From contig CBDCKW010000009.1 in NCBI GenBank assembly GCA_965218435.1, forward strand, positions 3,584,001 to 3,648,000: 64,000 nt of DNA. Direction: 5' to 3'. The stretch is from Truepera sp. Lineage in GTDB: Bacteria; Deinococcota; Deinococci; Deinococcales; Trueperaceae. The translations under genes were made by a program, and so were the position numbers. The notes beneath the pieces were generated by a model, which was not told the origin of the DNA, did not search any database, and was given only the letters and a program-made list of their open reading frames with translations. Below are positions 10,100 to 19,857 of the stretch, in pieces; the first letter of the stretch is position 1, and the number at the start of each line of letters is the position of its first letter.

Positions 10100-12094
10100 T
10101 TGACGACCCTACCCGAACCCTACAGCGCCCAAGAACTCCGGCTCTTACGGCTCCTAAGCGACCGTTTTCCGACGATTACCGCCGCGCACATCGAGATGAT
10201 GAACTTGAGCGCGATTTTGGCGCTCCCCAAAGGTACCGAGCATTACCTGTCGGATATTCACGGGGCTTACGAACAGTTCGAGCACATCTTGCGGCACGCG
10301 TCGGGGGCGATTCGCCGTAAAATCCGGCAGACTTTTGGCGACGCACTCTCGGCCGAGCAGCAAACCGACCTGGCGCTCCTGATCTATTATCCTGAGACAA
10401 AACTGCGTCAGGTTGCGGCGGCTAATCCCGAAGGTACTCCCGAAGCGTGGTTCGCCGAGACGATTCTGAAGCTCGTTCAGGTCGCGCGTAAATGCGCGGC
10501 GCAGTATACCCGGAGCAAGGTGCGTAAACGTTTAGAGCCGCAATTTGCGTATCTGCTCGAGGAGCTCTTGAGCGAACAAGGTGGCGGCGTCGCGCAAAAA
10601 GAACATTACTACGCCGACATCATCCGCTCGATCACCTTGCTCGGCGAAGGGGAGCGGGTCGTCATCACGCTCTCGTATTTGATTCAAAGTTTGGTGGTAG
10701 ACCGCCTGAATGTCATCGGCGACCTCTACGACCGCGGGGACGCGGCTGAAAAGGTGCTCGACCGGCTGATTCGTTATCATGACGTGTCTATCCAGTGGGG
10801 CAACCACGATGTAACCTGGATGGGCGCGGCAGCGGGGTCTCCGGTTCTAGTTGCCAATGTGGTACGTCTGGCGCTCCGTTACGCCACGCTGTCAACGTTT
10901 ACCAGTGGTTACGGCGTCAGTTTGCACGCGCTTGCCGGGCTCGCTGAAAGCGTTTACGGCGACGACCCTTGTGAAACGTTTTTCCCTAAAGTTGACGCGA
11001 GTTTGGGTGAGTACACACCGGAACTCCTCGCTAAAATGCACAAAGCGGTCACGGTTATTCAGCTGAAGCTCGAGGCCCAAACTATCCACCGCCACCCCGA
11101 ATACGAAATGGACGACCGCCTCGTCTTAGATCACCTCGATTTAGACGCCGGAACGCTCTCGGTAGACGGCACGACTCACCCCCTGCTCGATACAAATTGG
11201 CCGACACTCCCAGACAATGGCGACCGCGCCGCACTGACCCCGGAAGAAGCGGAGGCTATCGGCGACCTGGTGGCGCAGTTTACGCAGAGCAGCCGCCTCA
11301 CGGCGCACATCCGCTTCCTCTACTCGTACGGCAACATGTTTGAAGTCCGTGACGGCAACCTCAAGTTTCACGGCTGTTTACCGGTTGATAAACGCGGTGA
11401 GTTTATCTCGTTTGACTTAGCCGGTGAGACGTGCTCCGGTCCGGCCCTTTTAGCCCGCTTCGAGACGCTCTCCCGCGACGCTTACTTTAGCCGCGACCCG
11501 GCCCGCCGCGCCGCCGGTCAAGACGCTATATGGTACCTCTGGTGCGGTAAAAATTCGCCGCTTTTTGGCCGCTCGAAGATGACGACCTTTGAACGTTACG
11601 TGGTGGCCGACCCGGAAACGCACGACGAGCCCAAAGGCCCCTACTACGACCTTCGCGCGGACGAAGGCTTTTGTAAAAAGGTGCTGCGTGCGTTCGGCGC
11701 AGACCCCGAGCACGGGCACATCATCAACGGCCACACGCCCGTTAAGGTCAGAAAAGGCGCACGCCCAATTTTGGCCGGGGGCAAGCTCATCATTATTGAC
11801 GGCGGCATGAGCGAAGCGTATAGAAGTGTCACCGGCATTGCCGGGTACACGCTCGTCGGCACCTCACACGAACTCGTGTTGGCGGCGCACGAACCGTTTT
11901 CTACCGCGAGTGAGATGATCCGGGAGCACCGCGATCCCGCGCCGCGTATTGAGCAAGTCGAGGTGTTTCCGAAGCAGATTTTAATCGCTGAAACCGATGT
12001 TGGGCAGGCGCTTTATGCGCAGTTAGGCGACCTCGAGAAACTCGTTCAGGCATACCGTCAGGGTGTTCTTGCTGAACGGCTTATAGTTCGGTAA
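10100..12094 (+). CDS. fbp: fructose-1,6-bisphosphatase class 3 (Bacillus/Firmicutes type)
   Basis: LPKGTEHYLSDIHG, GDLYDRG, QWGNHD, HIINGHTPVK, IDGG and TGIAGYTL motifs; 664 aa. Confidence 0.92.
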   Translation: MTTLPEPYSAQELRLLRLLSDRFPTITAAHIEMMNLSAILALPKGTEHYLSDIHGAYEQFEHILRHASGAIRRKIRQTFGDALSAEQQTDLALLIYYPETKLRQVAAANPEGTPEAWFAETILKLVQVARKCAAQYTRSKVRKRLEPQFAYLLEELLSEQGGGVAQKEHYYADIIRSITLLGEGERVVITLSYLIQSLVVDRLNVIGDLYDRGDAAEKVLDRLIRYHDVSIQWGNHDVTWMGAAAGSPVLVANVVRLALRYATLSTFTSGYGVSLHALAGLAESVYGDDPCETFFPKVDASLGEYTPELLAKMHKAVTVIQLKLEAQTIHRHPEYEMDDRLVLDHLDLDAGTLSVDGTTHPLLDTNWPTLPDNGDRAALTPEEAEAIGDLVAQFTQSSRLTAHIRFLYSYGNMFEVRDGNLKFHGCLPVDKRGEFISFDLAGETCSGPALLARFETLSRDAYFSRDPARRAAGQDAIWYLWCGKNSPLFGRSKMTTFERYVVADPETHDEPKGPYYDLRADEGFCKKVLRAFGADPEHGHIINGHTPVKVRKGARPILAGGKLIIIDGGMSEAYRSVTGIAGYTLVGTSHELVLAAHEPFSTASEMIREHRDPAPRIEQVEVFPKQILIAETDVGQALYAQLGDLEKLVQAYRQGVLAERLIVR

Positions 12095-12167
12095 ATCTGC
12101 TTGCGCTCCCATTCTCGCCCAGCCATGCCGGGTATGCTTGACGCCGTAAAAACCTGGGGAGGACAAG

Positions 12168-12497
12168 ATGGACGACGACCAAAAAGCCACGCTGGATGAG
12201 TTTAACGAAGCGGTCAACATGACGTCAAAGGAACTCGAGGACTGGCTCGAGACCGACAACTCGAAAAAAGTTGGGCAAAAAGACGGCGGCGGCGAATCCA
12301 CCGGTCACGAGATGGGCCGTGAAATTGTCAAATTACTCGGTAAAAAGCAGGCGGACTATACGGATGATGACGTGAAGCACATGCAAAAAGTAGTTTCTTA
12401 CGTTCACCGGCACAGCGCCCAAAAACCTAAAGGGGACGTAGAAGATACCCGCTGGCGTTACTCGCTGATGAACTGGGGCCATGACCCGCTCAAGTAA
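12168..12497 (+). CDS. DUF3140 family protein
   Basis: VNMTSKELEDWL ... WRYSLMNWGHDPLK signature; GGAGG RBS. Confidence 0.88.
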   Translation: MDDDQKATLDEFNEAVNMTSKELEDWLETDNSKKVGQKDGGGESTGHEMGREIVKLLGKKQADYTDDDVKHMQKVVSYVHRHSAQKPKGDVEDTRWRYSLMNWGHDPLK

Positions 12498-12541
12498 GCA
12501 GTTTTCACAAAAAACGCGCTGAGATTTGGGCCTCGGTGCTT

Positions 12542-13520
12542 TTAGTTGTGCTTCGATTCCTGAGTGAAATATGCGGTCATTTTCGGGATACGGACGTAGT
12601 TCACCAAAACGCCTATGAGTAAACAGCCTACAGCGAAAGCTTCTAGCAGACTGAACCCTTCATGGTAAATCAGTGTGCCGAGTACTAGTGCTATGACCGG
12701 GCTGACAAAGCTATATAACGCGATCCTTGACACCTCCCAGATAGACAAAAGATGGTTGTACAGCCAGAATCCCAAGAGTGACCCGACAACGACAAGATAC
12801 ATGAGGCTTAATAAGTACTCGAGGTTCCTGTACAGCCAAGAGTTCAACTGGGGACGCCCCTGCCACGCCACTAACGAGCAGTAAGATTAAGCCACCAGAA
12901 AGCATTTGCAGGCTGGTAATAGTCAGTGCGCCGTAGCACTTGATTAGCGGCCGGATAAGCAAACTGCTGACGCCATAACATATTCCGCCTAAAGCAATTG
13001 CGCTGATGCCAAGAAGTTGTTCCGTGTCTGCGCCGAGCTTTGGCAAGACCAGCATTAGCAAACCCGACAAACTGAGGCCGAGACCCGCGAGTTTGTTCCA
13101 ATTTGTCTTTTCTAGCCTGAGCAACAGACTTAAACCTGTGAGCGACACCGCCACTGTTCTAAAGTTCACGAGACCGCTGATGCCAGAAGGTAAAAACTGC
13201 GCTCCCCAAAACAGTAGCCCGTAGTTCAGCGTGATGGTCAGTAAGGCAGCACCTAGCAGGCAGAATAGCTGTCTGCCTTCCGGTATAGTACGTCCGGAAT
13301 GTTTGGCGAACAAAACTAGACCGAAGATACTGCCAGCTAGAACAAAGCGCAGACCCGCAAAGAGGAGCGGTGACAGGCTACCTAAACCCTCTTTCAAAGG
13401 GATAAACGTAGACCCCCAGCAAAAACACAGCAGGAAGAAAATCAGAAGTGGCGTGAGGTTTGTCGCTTTACGTCCCAGACAAGAACTTTTGCATGAAAAC
13501 CAGGTCGAGCCAGCGGTCAA
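12542..13520 (-). pseudogene. EamA/DMT family transporter, frameshifted
   Basis: WGSTF and LRFVLAG in ORF 12711-13520; the second EamA repeat (LMYLVVVGSLLGFWLY...SPVIALVLG) continues in another frame (12542-12871); junction near 12810; true start uncertain. Confidence 0.75.
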
Positions 13521-13995
13521 ACTTAAACCCGACTTCCTTGAAATGAGCTACTTGCTCAAATTCCAAGCTTACATGAAGCCGGAGGCTCGCTTGGTTTTCC
13601 GCGTCTATACCTGCGGTAAGTACATGATAGTTTCTCGAGGTTGCATCTTCCACAAGTTTTTTTAGTAAAGCTCTGCCGACGCCTTTGCCACGTTGCTCAG
13701 CGTCAACATAAACCGAATGTTCGACTGTATGAAGATAAGCAGGCCAAGCGCGAAACGGCCCATAGGTTGCAAACCCTGTAACCTGCAAACCGGATGTAGC
13801 TACAAAAACGGGGTAGCCGTCACTGACTTTGCTACTGAACCACTCTAAGCGGTCTGCGGAGGTAATGGGTTCGTAGCTATATACGGCTGTCGTGTTGAGG
13901 ATAGCGTCGTTATAAATATCAGTGATCGCAGCTATGTCTTGATATTGGGCGTTTCTGATAGCTACTTTACTGCTCACGCCGTATTGTAGCAGCAA
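13468..13995 (-). CDS. GNAT acetyltransferase, phosphinothricin/methionine-sulfoximine (Pat/YncA) family
   Basis: IYNDAILNTTA, TVEHSVYV, RGKGVGRALL, VGFKFDRWLD. Confidence 0.9.
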   Translation of the reverse strand: MLLQYGVSSKVAIRNAQYQDIAAITDIYNDAILNTTAVYSYEPITSADRLEWFSSKVSDGYPVFVATSGLQVTGFATYGPFRAWPAYLHTVEHSVYVDAEQRGKGVGRALLKKLVEDATSRNYHVLTAGIDAENQASLRLHVSLEFEQVAHFKEVGFKFDRWLDLVFMQKFLSGT

Positions 13996-14031
13996 TAGGA
14001 GACGTAACTACTGCTCAGAAAGAACTTGAGC

Positions 14032-14484
14032 TTAGACGATTTCAACTAGTTCGATTTCAAAAGTCAAGGCTTCGCCCGCTAACGGATGGTTCGCGTCCAA
14101 CGTTACCGTGTCACCTTCGGCGCTCGTAATGGTCACGGGAATCCGCTGACCGTCTTCTTGTTGAAGCTCGAGCTGCTGCCCCACTTCGGGCATGATTCCT
14201 TCGGGAAACTGCTCTTTGGGCAGCTCCAAGACTAAATCCGGGCGGTGCGTGCCGTAAGCGTCGCTTGGGTTAAGGCGGGCCGTGCGGGTTTCACCGAGCT
14301 GCATGCCGTCTACCGTGCGTTCAAACCCGGCGATGACTTGTCCGGTGCCGAGCCGAAACTCTAACGGTTCGCGGCCTGCGGAGCTGTCAAATTCGTTGCC
14401 GTCGTCAAGTGTGCCTTTGTAGTGGACGCGGACGGTATCACCTTGTTTGGCCGTGCGGGTTGAGGTATCTGTATTCTGTGACAT
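14032..14484 (-). CDS. slyD: FKBP-type peptidyl-prolyl isomerase, SlyD-like, no His-rich tail
   Basis: VRVHYKGTLDDGNEFDSS, insert-in-flap domain, LDANHPLAGEALTF. Confidence 0.88.
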   Translation of the reverse strand: MSQNTDTSTRTAKQGDTVRVHYKGTLDDGNEFDSSAGREPLEFRLGTGQVIAGFERTVDGMQLGETRTARLNPSDAYGTHRPDLVLELPKEQFPEGIMPEVGQQLELQQEDGQRIPVTITSAEGDTVTLDANHPLAGEALTFEIELVEIV

Positions 14485-14678
14485 GCGCTAGGGTAACGCA
14501 GACCCGCTTTGGAGACTGTTACCCTCTTAATGCCCAAGTTTAGGTGCGTAGGTGGAGTTTGGGTTTAGGATTTAAGACACTTCGGGTTCTTTCCAAAAAT
14601 TTGAACAGGATTGAGTCTGTGTCCTTTCCAATGACCAGTTAGGTCTTTTCATATGTACGGGTAACTCTTTGGTAATTA

Positions 14679-15041
14679 CTACTTGTTTAACTCTATTTTT
14701 ACTAGCGCCTCCGCTATGTGCAACGCCTCGCGCCTATTTCGCAGCAGCGTATGTTGGGAAGTTCCTAACGAGAATCTTGCCTGAGCTTTCTCTGTCTTGC
14801 TTATCATCGAAGCAAACGCACGAAGGGCTTTTTGCATATCGTCCTGCGTAAAATTATCCTTGTTTTCAGTATTCTCACTCATTAGTACAGACGCATGGTG
14901 TAACGCCTTGAGGTTGTCTCGCAGCATCTTGTGTTGCCATGTTCCTGGCATCAGTTTCTGCTGTGCTTTTTCGGACTTGCTGATGAGCGAAGCTATCGGC
15001 CTAAGTGCTTCTTGCAATTCATGTGCTGTGTAGTTGCCCAC
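14679..15041 (-). CDS. hypothetical protein with two internal ~57-aa repeats
   Basis: ELQEALRPIASLISKSEKAQQKL..GTWQH..L vs DMQKALRAFASMISKTEKAQARF..GTSQH..L; AAGGT RBS. Confidence 0.75.
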   Translation of the reverse strand: MGNYTAHELQEALRPIASLISKSEKAQQKLMPGTWQHKMLRDNLKALHHASVLMSENTENKDNFTQDDMQKALRAFASMISKTEKAQARFSLGTSQHTLLRNRREALHIAEALVKIELNK

Positions 15042-15109
15042 AATATACCTTACTGTTCTTCACGCTATCATCGCTATGCCCTGTACCCTTTGGTATGCCT
15101 GACTAGCCT

Positions 15110-15298
15110 TTAATGCCGTTTTCGCGCCTTCCAAGTCCCGCCGTAACGGTACGTTTCAGGGTGCGCGGCTCTCAGTTCTTCAGTACAACTCGGACAGACG
15201 AGCCGCCACGCCGACCCGTCTACCTGCACGCGGTAACGCACCGCCGTCTCTTTGCCGCAGCGTTCACAAAACCCCTCGCGGACGCGCTTGGGTTTCAA
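15110..15298 (-). CDS. small CxxC...CxxC (zinc-ribbon-like) protein
   Basis: CERC...CPSC and C-terminal YRYGGTWKARK; directly downstream of ggt; TTG 15298 after GAAGG (ORF track start 15319). Confidence 0.65.
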   Translation of the reverse strand: MKPKRVREGFCERCGKETAVRYRVQVDGSAWRLVCPSCTEELRAAHPETYRYGGTWKARKRH

Positions 15299-15322
15299 AA
15301 TCTGACCTTCAAAACACAATCC

Positions 15323-16909
15323 TTAAAAACCGACGGCTTGCCCATCTTTACGGTGGTCGGACGCGGCTAAGTAGCCGTCCCCCAATCTATAAATCAGCTG
15401 CGCCCCACCGAATGAAAAGCTCGCTTCGGGCGCGGTTTCGGTGAGTTGGTGCCCCCTAGAGGTTAGCTCATCCAACACTTCAGGCTTGAAACCCTGTTCG
15501 ACGGCGACTTCTAAGCCCTCGACCACCCGCCAGCGCGGAGCGTCCGACGCGGTTTGTGGATTTTGCCCGTAATCGCAAATCCGCACGACCATCTGCGCGT
15601 GACCTTGGGGTTGCATCGGTCCGCCCATGACGCCGAAACTCATCAGCGGTGCGTTATCCTGCATCAAAAAACCTGGAATGATGGTGTGAAAGGGGCGTTT
15701 TCCGCCTGCGACTTCGTTCGGATGGCCCTTCTCGAGCGTAAACCCCGCACCTCGGTTTTGCAGGCTGATGCCGGTACCCGGAACCACGACGCCTGAGCCG
15801 AAGCCGTAGTAGTTCGACTGAATCAGTGAGACCATCATGCCGTTTTCGTCCGCCGTCGTCAGGTAGACCGTCCCGCCACGCTGCGGGACGCCGTAACCAG
15901 GGTTTTGAGCCTGGGTCATGTCAATAAGTTTGGCGCGTTCGGCTAAGTAAGCGGGGTCTAAGAGCGCCTTGGGCGACACATCGGCAAAGTCCGAGTCGCT
16001 GATATAGCGGTTTGCGTCGGCAAACGCGAGTTTCATCGCTTCGATCTGAACGTGCAGGCTGTCTGCCGAATCCACCCCGTACTCAGCCACCGGGTAATGC
16101 TCGAGTATTCCCACCATGAGGAGCGCCGCGAGCCCCTGACCATTTGGCGGGATTTCGTGCAGCGTCACGCCCCGGTAGTGTTGCGACAGGGTACCAACCC
16201 AATCGGCTTGATGGTTGGCCAAATCCTCTTCGGTGAGGAGGCCACCGTTGGTGCTCGAGTCCGCCACCATCTTCTGGGCCAACTCACCTCGGTAAAACGC
16301 TTCACCTTTGGTTTCGGCAATGCGCTTGAAGGTTTTGGCTTGGTCTTCAAACCGAAACAGCTCCCCCGCTTTAGGGGCGCGGCCCTCCGGCAAAAAGGCT
16401 GAGCCGAAATTCGGCATATCGGCAAAAGCTCTTTCAGCGGACGTCCACGCTTTGGCGGTAATCGGTGAAACTAAAAAGCCGTCACGGGCGTAACGAATTG
16501 CAGGTTCAAAAAGCGCCTCAAACGGCAACTTGCCGAAGCGTTCCGAAAGCGTGACCCAACCTGAGACCGCGCCCGGCACCGTTACGGCGTCCCAGCCGCG
16601 CAGCGGCATCGTGTCTCGTCCTGCAAACCGCTCGGGCGTCAGCGCCGCTGGGGAGCGCCCCGACGCGTTGAGGCCGTGCAGTTCATGGCCGTCCCAAAGA
16701 ATGGCAAAAAGGTCTGAACCGATCCCGTTTGACGTGGGTTCAACGACGGTGAGGGTAATCGCCGTGGCAATCGCAGCGTCTACGGCGTTGCCGCCCCGGT
16801 AGAGCATCTCCAACCCGGCTTGTGCGGCTAGAGGTTGCGAGGTCGCCACGGTATTTTTGGCGAGGACTGGCATCCGCTGTGAGGAGTAGGGGAAATTGTA
16901 AGTAAACAT
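15323..16909 (-). CDS. ggt: gamma-glutamyltransferase family protein
   Basis: GGNAVDAAIA, VEPTSNGIGSD, autoprocessing GT(VY), LQNRG, RPFHTIIP, GVMGGPMQPQG; no signal peptide. Confidence 0.93.
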   Translation of the reverse strand: MFTYNFPYSSQRMPVLAKNTVATSQPLAAQAGLEMLYRGGNAVDAAIATAITLTVVEPTSNGIGSDLFAILWDGHELHGLNASGRSPAALTPERFAGRDTMPLRGWDAVTVPGAVSGWVTLSERFGKLPFEALFEPAIRYARDGFLVSPITAKAWTSAERAFADMPNFGSAFLPEGRAPKAGELFRFEDQAKTFKRIAETKGEAFYRGELAQKMVADSSTNGGLLTEEDLANHQADWVGTLSQHYRGVTLHEIPPNGQGLAALLMVGILEHYPVAEYGVDSADSLHVQIEAMKLAFADANRYISDSDFADVSPKALLDPAYLAERAKLIDMTQAQNPGYGVPQRGGTVYLTTADENGMMVSLIQSNYYGFGSGVVVPGTGISLQNRGAGFTLEKGHPNEVAGGKRPFHTIIPGFLMQDNAPLMSFGVMGGPMQPQGHAQMVVRICDYGQNPQTASDAPRWRVVEGLEVAVEQGFKPEVLDELTSRGHQLTETAPEASFSFGGAQLIYRLGDGYLAASDHRKDGQAVGF

Positions 16910-16917
16910 AAAGCTCC

Positions 16918-17364
16918 TTAGGAGAGTTCTTGGTTCTCGAGGTAAACCGTTTCGCCGGTCTTCTGGGCGGTGAAGGCTTGCTGGGTGCGGCGGCTCGAGA
17001 ACGCATTCAGCTTGTTTAGGGCTTCAGCAAGAGGTACAAACATGTAGGCACTCAGCTCGTCTTCTTGAAGAACAATTGCAGCTATTTGTGCCTGCGTGAT
17101 AGCGCCGCCGTCAAAAATGAACTTTAGGCTCTCGGTACCGCGCTGGTCGCTAGTTTCGTAATCTACACACAGCAAACGGCCTACAGGGAGCTCGAGGCCC
17201 ACTTCCTCGCTAATTTCACGCCGACATGCTCGTTTCGGCGATTCGTCTAGTTCGACCATGCCACCCGGTAACAACCAGCCGTCACGGTAAATCGGTTTGA
17301 CGATGAGCAGGTCGCCTACCTCATTTTGAACAAGGGCTGCTGCTGCCATCTTGTGACCTGCCAT
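16918..17364 (-). CDS. NUDIX hydrolase
   Basis: Nudix box GGMVELDESPKRACRREISEEVG. Confidence 0.9.
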   Translation of the reverse strand: MAGHKMAAAALVQNEVGDLLIVKPIYRDGWLLPGGMVELDESPKRACRREISEEVGLELPVGRLLCVDYETSDQRGTESLKFIFDGGAITQAQIAAIVLQEDELSAYMFVPLAEALNKLNAFSSRRTQQAFTAQKTGETVYLENQELS

Positions 17365-17906
17365 CAGCGAAAAAAAGCAACGCCGAGGGCACCCCCGACC
17401 ACGATCAACAGCGCGGGGTGAACGTTAAACCGAACCGATAGGGCAAACGCGGCAACCGCCAAAAGCCAGAGCGCCCAGTTACCGAGCCATGCACTCGGCG
17501 CACCAAAGGCGCTGGGGATAAAGTCGTAGACGACCAAAGCCAAAAGTGCGATGACGATGGGCCGCACACCCCGTAAAAAGCCGTTGATGGCCGGGGCGTT
17601 ACGAAAGCGGACAAAAAGTGAGGCGAGCAGAACCATAGCCACAATCGTCGGCACCGCGATTCCGGCGAGCCCCATCAGCGCGCCGCCCCACCCGCCGACC
17701 TTGTAGCCGACATAACCCGCGAGTTTGGTGGCAATCGGGCCGGGAAGCGTGTTGCCAAAGGCGAACGCGTCTAAAAACTCTTCGCGGGAGAGCCAGCCCT
17801 TCACATCTACGACTTCGTTTTGAATCAAAGGAATCATCGAGGGGCCGCCGCCAAAACCGAACACGCCGACTTTGCCGAACGACCAGAACAGGTCAAAGAG
17901 GAGCAT
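17364..17906 (-). CDS. short-chain chromate transporter (CHR) family protein
   Basis: FGFGGG and TLPGPIAT motifs; single 180-aa domain. Confidence 0.88.
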   Translation of the reverse strand: MLLFDLFWSFGKVGVFGFGGGPSMIPLIQNEVVDVKGWLSREEFLDAFAFGNTLPGPIATKLAGYVGYKVGGWGGALMGLAGIAVPTIVAMVLLASLFVRFRNAPAINGFLRGVRPIVIALLALVVYDFIPSAFGAPSAWLGNWALWLLAVAAFALSVRFNVHPALLIVVGGALGVAFFR

Positions 17907-17939
17907 AGGGGTTTATTCTTACACGTTTCGTGCTCACGT

Positions 17940-18821
17940 TCAGGCGTCCTCTTGGGGCTCGAGCGCGTCCCGTAAACCGTCACCAAACAAGTTAAACGCC
18001 AGCACCGTCACAAAAATACTCACCCCCGGCCAGACCGCCATCCACGGCGCTTGCGCCATAAAACCCTTGGCTACGTTGAGCATCCCGCCCCAGCTCGGCG
18101 TCGGCGGCTGCACCCCAAGGCCCAAAAACGACAACGACGATTCGGCGATGATGGCCTGGGCAATGGTCAGGGTAGCTTGAACCAGGAGCGGCGTAAAGCT
18201 GTTCGGCAAGATGTGCCGGACGATGATGCGGCGGTCGTACCCGCCTAAAGCCCTGGCAGCTTGCACGTACTCTTCGGCTTTAACGGCTAAAACTTGACCT
18301 CTTGTCAAACGGATAAAGGTCGGGGCGCTGGCAATCCCGATGGCGATCATCGCATTTTGCAAACTCGGCCCTAAAGCGGCGGCGAGGGCAACGGCGAGGA
18401 TTAAAAAAGGAAACGACAGCACCGCGTCGGTAAAACGCATGATGAGTTCGTCCCAAAAGCCGCCGTAAAAGCCTGACACGAGCCCGAGTGGGATACCGAT
18501 AAGCATGGCAATCACGACTGAAATCACCCCGGCCAAGAGGCTTGCGCGTGCGCCGAAGACAACCCTCGAGAGCACGTCGCGCCCTACGTCATCGGTACCT
18601 AACAGGTACTCGGCACTCGGACCCTGACGCACGGCTAAAAAATCGGTGGCAGTCGGGTCATAAGGAGCGATTTGTGGTGCAAACGCAGCTAGAGCGACAA
18701 AGAAGACGATGACAACGGTACCGAAGACCGCAAGCGGGCGACGCCGAAACCGTTTGAGCGCCCGGTTCGGGGGGCGCGTGTTCTCCTCAATCCCTTCGAG
18801 CGGCGTGGCAACTTCGCTCAC
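17940..18821 (-). CDS. peptide/nickel ABC transporter permease (DppC/GsiD-like)
   Basis: LLGTDDVGRD, EYVQAARALG, HILPN, LSFLGLG, PTPSWG. Confidence 0.93.
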   Translation of the reverse strand: MSEVATPLEGIEENTRPPNRALKRFRRRPLAVFGTVVIVFFVALAAFAPQIAPYDPTATDFLAVRQGPSAEYLLGTDDVGRDVLSRVVFGARASLLAGVISVVIAMLIGIPLGLVSGFYGGFWDELIMRFTDAVLSFPFLILAVALAAALGPSLQNAMIAIGIASAPTFIRLTRGQVLAVKAEEYVQAARALGGYDRRIIVRHILPNSFTPLLVQATLTIAQAIIAESSLSFLGLGVQPPTPSWGGMLNVAKGFMAQAPWMAVWPGVSIFVTVLAFNLFGDGLRDALEPQEDA

Positions 18822-19771
18822 GCGTTTCCGCCCACCTGAATCCGTGGGTTGACGAGCGCGTAGGCGATGTCTACCAGCAAATTGATCAAGATATACGCCG
18901 CCGAAGTAAAGAGCACAACGCCCTGCACCACAGCGTAGTCGCGGTTAAAGACGGCGTCTACGACGAGCTTGCCAAAACCCGGAATTGTAAACACCTGTTC
19001 AGTCAACACCGCACCAGACAAGAGCGCCCCCATCTGCAAGCCGAAAATCGTAATCACCGGAATCAGCGCGTTGCGGAGCGCGTGGCGTAAAACGACGCGG
19101 CGTTTTAACAGCCCCTTAGCCTGTGCGGTGCGGACATAATCTTGCTTCAAAACGTCTAACATCGAACTCCGCAGCTGCCGCATCAACACAGCAGCTAGGC
19201 CCGTTCCAAGGACAAACGCGGGCATAATCATCCGCAGCAAGTTTTGAAGTGGGTCACGGCCGAACTCGACGTAACCCGAAGCAGGAAGCAGGCCCCACTG
19301 CACTGAAAAAAGCAGAATCAACATGATGCCGAGCCAAAAGTTTGGTAGAGACAGGCCCGAAAGTGCGAAGAGTGTCCCGAGATAGTCAACAGCGGTGCCT
19401 TTGCGGACCGCCGACAAGATACCGACCGGCAGCGCAATCAGCAGTGCGACGAGCATACTCAGGAGTGCAAGTTCTACGGTGACCGGCAGTTTCTGCCAAA
19501 TAAGCTGCGTCACCGGCTGATTGGTGCGGATAGATTGCCCCAAATCACCCCGTAAAACCTGACTGAGCCACGCTACATATTGCACCGGTACGGGGTCGTC
19601 TAAGCGGTAGCGTTCGCGGATAAAGGCGATGACTTCGGGGTCGCGCTGCTCGCCAGCGATAATCAGCGCCGGGTCACCCGGTAACAGCCGCTGAATCCCA
19701 AAAACCATCAACGTGACGATAATCAGCGTAGGAATGGCCGTTAAAAAACGTTTGACGATAAAGAGCAGCAT
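18818..19771 (-). CDS. peptide/nickel ABC transporter permease (DppB/GsiC-like)
   Basis: LPGDPA, GDLGQS, DYVRTAQAKGL, HALRNALIP, RDYAVVQG. Confidence 0.93.
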   Translation of the reverse strand: MLLFIVKRFLTAIPTLIIVTLMVFGIQRLLPGDPALIIAGEQRDPEVIAFIRERYRLDDPVPVQYVAWLSQVLRGDLGQSIRTNQPVTQLIWQKLPVTVELALLSMLVALLIALPVGILSAVRKGTAVDYLGTLFALSGLSLPNFWLGIMLILLFSVQWGLLPASGYVEFGRDPLQNLLRMIMPAFVLGTGLAAVLMRQLRSSMLDVLKQDYVRTAQAKGLLKRRVVLRHALRNALIPVITIFGLQMGALLSGAVLTEQVFTIPGFGKLVVDAVFNRDYAVVQGVVLFTSAAYILINLLVDIAYALVNPRIQVGGNA

Positions 19772-19857
19772 CGGTGGGGGTGACCTCTAGGGTGTTTACC
19801 CCGCACGGTAGCCAACAAAAACAAGACCGTGCCTATGCGGGGCTGAGAAAACCTAAC

